In this document: positions 7,270-9,345 of the stretch, piece by piece
Numbering within the stretch: the first letter of the stretch is position 1
Layout of the letters: the number at the start of each line of letters is the position of its first letter
NCBI RefSeq assembly: GCF_006345805.1
Contig: NW_021827983.1
Coordinates: forward strand, 1-9,345
From: Octopus sinensis
Lineage: Eukaryota
Length of the DNA: 9,345 nt
Direction of reading: 5' to 3'
Notes under the pieces: model-generated
Told to the model about the DNA's origin: nothing
The model's database searches: none
The model's input: only the letters and a program-made list of their open reading frames with translations
Program-made: the position numbers and the translations under genes

Positions 7270-8390
7270 ACAGAGCGAGAGAGAGATTGAGGGATAGAGA
7301 GGGACAGAAGAAGCGAGAGACAGGCGTAGATACAAAAAAAGCCGAAGACTTCAGAAATGAGAATTCGAAAGAGGGGGAGGAAGGAATATGCAGAGACAGA
7401 AAGAGTATGTGATAGACAGAGAGTAAATGCGCAAAAGGAGGGAGAGAGAGAGAAGGATAAGAGAGAAGCAAGGAAAAAGAAATGGAGGAAATTTGTGAGA
7501 GAGAGGTGGGGGGGCGATAAATAAAGAATGGGAAGCAAAAAGAGACATGCACAGACATAGGGAGATGAGCAGAGATAGAGAGACAGGGAGGGGTAGGAAG
7601 AGGAAGATGGGGATGAAGGTGAGATGGAGGGAGAAGTGTAGAGAGACAGAGAGATAGATAGGAAGAGCGATGAGAGAAAGAAAGAAAGAGACAGACCAAG
7701 CAGAAGAACAGAGTGATACAAAGAAAGATGAGAGAGAGAAAGCGAATAGGGAGGGGGAGGGGGATAGATAGACACAAAGGGAGATGAGAGACACGCAGAA
7801 AGGGAGAGAAAGGAGAAGGAAGGAGAGGGGAGGGAAGCTAAGCGATAGATCGATAGACACAGAGGAAGCTGAGACATGCAGGGAGAGGGAGAGAAAGAGG
7901 GGGGTAAGAAAGATACGAAGGGAGATGAGAGGCAGACTGACAAGGAGAGAAAAGGAGAAAGAGAGACAGACAGACACAAAAGGAAACGAGAGACATGTAG
8001 AAAGAAAGAGAAAGAGAGAGAAAGATATAGTAAGAGGTATGAAAATGCCAGTGAGAAGTCGAGACAAATAGATACAAAGAGATATGAGAGACGAACAAAG
8101 AAAGACTCAAACGAAAAAAAGGAAAGAATTTTTTTAAAGAAACAAAATCAAATATCAATAAAAAAAATATTCAAAGAAAAGAAAAATTATCAAAAGAACC
8201 AAAACAACTAAGATAAGATGGAGGATGTGGAGATATTTGATAAAGAGAATGTATGGGATGGCAAACGGGTAGGAGAAAGGGGTAGGATATGAGATAAGGT
8301 AATGGAGATAGCAGCAGGTAGAAAGGGGTGGAATGCTGAGGTGAATGGGTAGATGGGATGAAAGGAAAGAAAACAGTAATAAGTGGAGGA
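7270..8390. repeat. ~1.1 kb purine-rich (GA/GAGA/AAG) low-complexity tract
   Basis: Plus strand almost entirely A/G; source of the L/S/F-rich and R/E/K-rich ORFs. Confidence 0.9.
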
Positions 8391-8419
8391 TGAAATTGCG
8401 AGACTTTCTCAGAATTAAG

Positions 8420-8786
8420 ACTGCAAACTGGCATCATCGTTAGAATGCCGGACGAAATGCCTGGCGGCTTTTCGTCCGTCTTTATGTTCTGTGCTGCAAG
8501 TCTACTGAGGTCGACTTTACCTTTTACCGCTTCCGGGGATCGATTAGTACCGGCTGAGTACTCGATAAAATCGTCTTACTTACTCACCCGAATGTGCTGG
8601 TCTTGTGCGCACACTCTCCTGCCCTGATGTAATCTCCAGGGATACAGGTATCCAGTAACAGGACCTCCGTAATGCCATGATGGACCGTGAAGTCTGGCGT
8701 AGCATGGTAAATTCCATTGTCTCGACCACGGTCGAACAATGATGATGATGATGATGGTCTTGTGCCAGAATTTGAAACTATTATTA
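8420..8786 (+). mobile_element. Diverged SINE family 2 copy, interrupted by a LINE insertion
   Basis: ctggcatcatcgttagaatgccggacgaaatgc...ttcgtccgtc...gaggtcgactttacctttt aligns to 3740-3870. The 3' end continues after the LINE as cagaatttgaaactattatta. Confidence 0.8.
8609..8756 (+). mobile_element. 5'-truncated RTE-like LINE 3' end with (TGA)n tail and 11-bp TSD
   Basis: From 8608 translates RTLSCPDVISRDTGIQ*QDLRNAMMDREVWRSMVNSIVSTTVEQ*, with the typical RTE C-terminal DR..WR motif and one internal stop at 8656-8658. (TGA)5 tail at 8740-8754. Direct repeat TGGTCTTGTGC at 8598-8608 and 8755-8765. Confidence 0.9.
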
Positions 8787-8794
8787 CTTTCATA

Positions 8795-8915
8795 ATCGGT
8801 AGAGCGTCAGAGGAAATGTTTTCACGTTATTTATTATTTATTTCCTTCTGAGTTGAGATTCCTGTGAGGTCAACTTAGCCTTTCAGTCCTTTGTGGTCGA
8901 TGAAATAAAGTACAA
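8795..8915 (+). mobile_element. Old truncated SINE family 2 fragment
   Basis: ttctgagttgagattcc..gaggtcaacttagcctttcagtcctttgtggtcgatgaaataaagtac aligns to 3799-3865. Confidence 0.7.
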
Positions 8916-9050
8916 TTTCTCTCGCGCTCTCCTTGCCATAAATTATAAATTAGCTCTTCCCAAATATTTTTTAATTCCCAATCAGACAAGACAAAACATA
9001 GTTTGTAAGTCAAACGAATGTGGATTAAATATTATTTGTAGATACAAGCA

Positions 9051-9058
9051 TATGTGTG

Positions 9059-9089
<31 letters not shown>

Positions 9090-9112
9090 TTGTGCGTGTG
9101 TGTGTGTATGCA

Positions 9113-9152
<40 letters not shown>
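9051..9152. repeat. Compound (TG)n(TA)n microsatellite
   Basis: Direct reading. Confidence 0.95.
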
Positions 9153-9287
9153 GTGACGTATATTTGCCATTTGAATATGGCTAACCCCTAAGGGTGGATG
9201 CTACTGTAGTTTGTAGCCCCAGGAAGACACCTTCTCCAGCTGGCTATAGACACACTTTCTGTGCCCTATCTCGCTCTGAGATTTATC

Positions 9288-9289
<2 letters not shown>
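9153..9289. mobile_element. Complex island between two (TA)n tracts, probably an interspersed-repeat fragment of unknown class
   Basis: GC-richer than its flanks and bounded by (TA)n on both sides. It seems familiar to me as an octopod repeat, but there is no second copy in this window to confirm that. Confidence 0.3.
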
Positions 9290-9344
<55 letters not shown>

Positions 9345-9345
9345 A
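9290..9345. repeat. (TA)n microsatellite running off the window end
   Basis: Direct reading. Confidence 0.95.

Overview
AT-rich eukaryotic (animal) intronic or intergenic DNA with no confidently identifiable protein-coding gene. The mix of microsatellites and SINEs resembles octopod (cephalopod) genomes; this is recall-based inference, not a database result. Roughly half the window is simple or low-complexity sequence: (TA)n, (TG)n, (CT)n, (CATA)n, (GATA)n and a ~1.1 kb purine tract. These explain nearly all ORFs in the supplied track. The rest is a dense set of mobile-element remnants. (1) Three copies of a tRNA-headed, CORE-like SINE with an internal microsatellite linker. (2) Three copies of a second tRNA-headed SINE, one full-length with a perfect 15-bp TSD. 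(3) A TA-flanked Tc1/mariner/pogo-type MITE. (4) Two RTE-like LINE remnants: one in head-to-head inverted geometry, and one 5'-truncated copy inserted into a SINE with an 11-bp TSD. (5) A ~320-bp insert carrying a degenerate Penelope-type minimal hammerhead ribozyme motif. A few complex islands could be exons but are only weakly supported. I cannot support a wholly new biological system. The most interesting signals are the hammerhead-like motif, the apparent twin-priming inversion in a non-L1 LINE, and a TCGA-stem hairpin shared by the 3' regions of both SINE families and the LINE.
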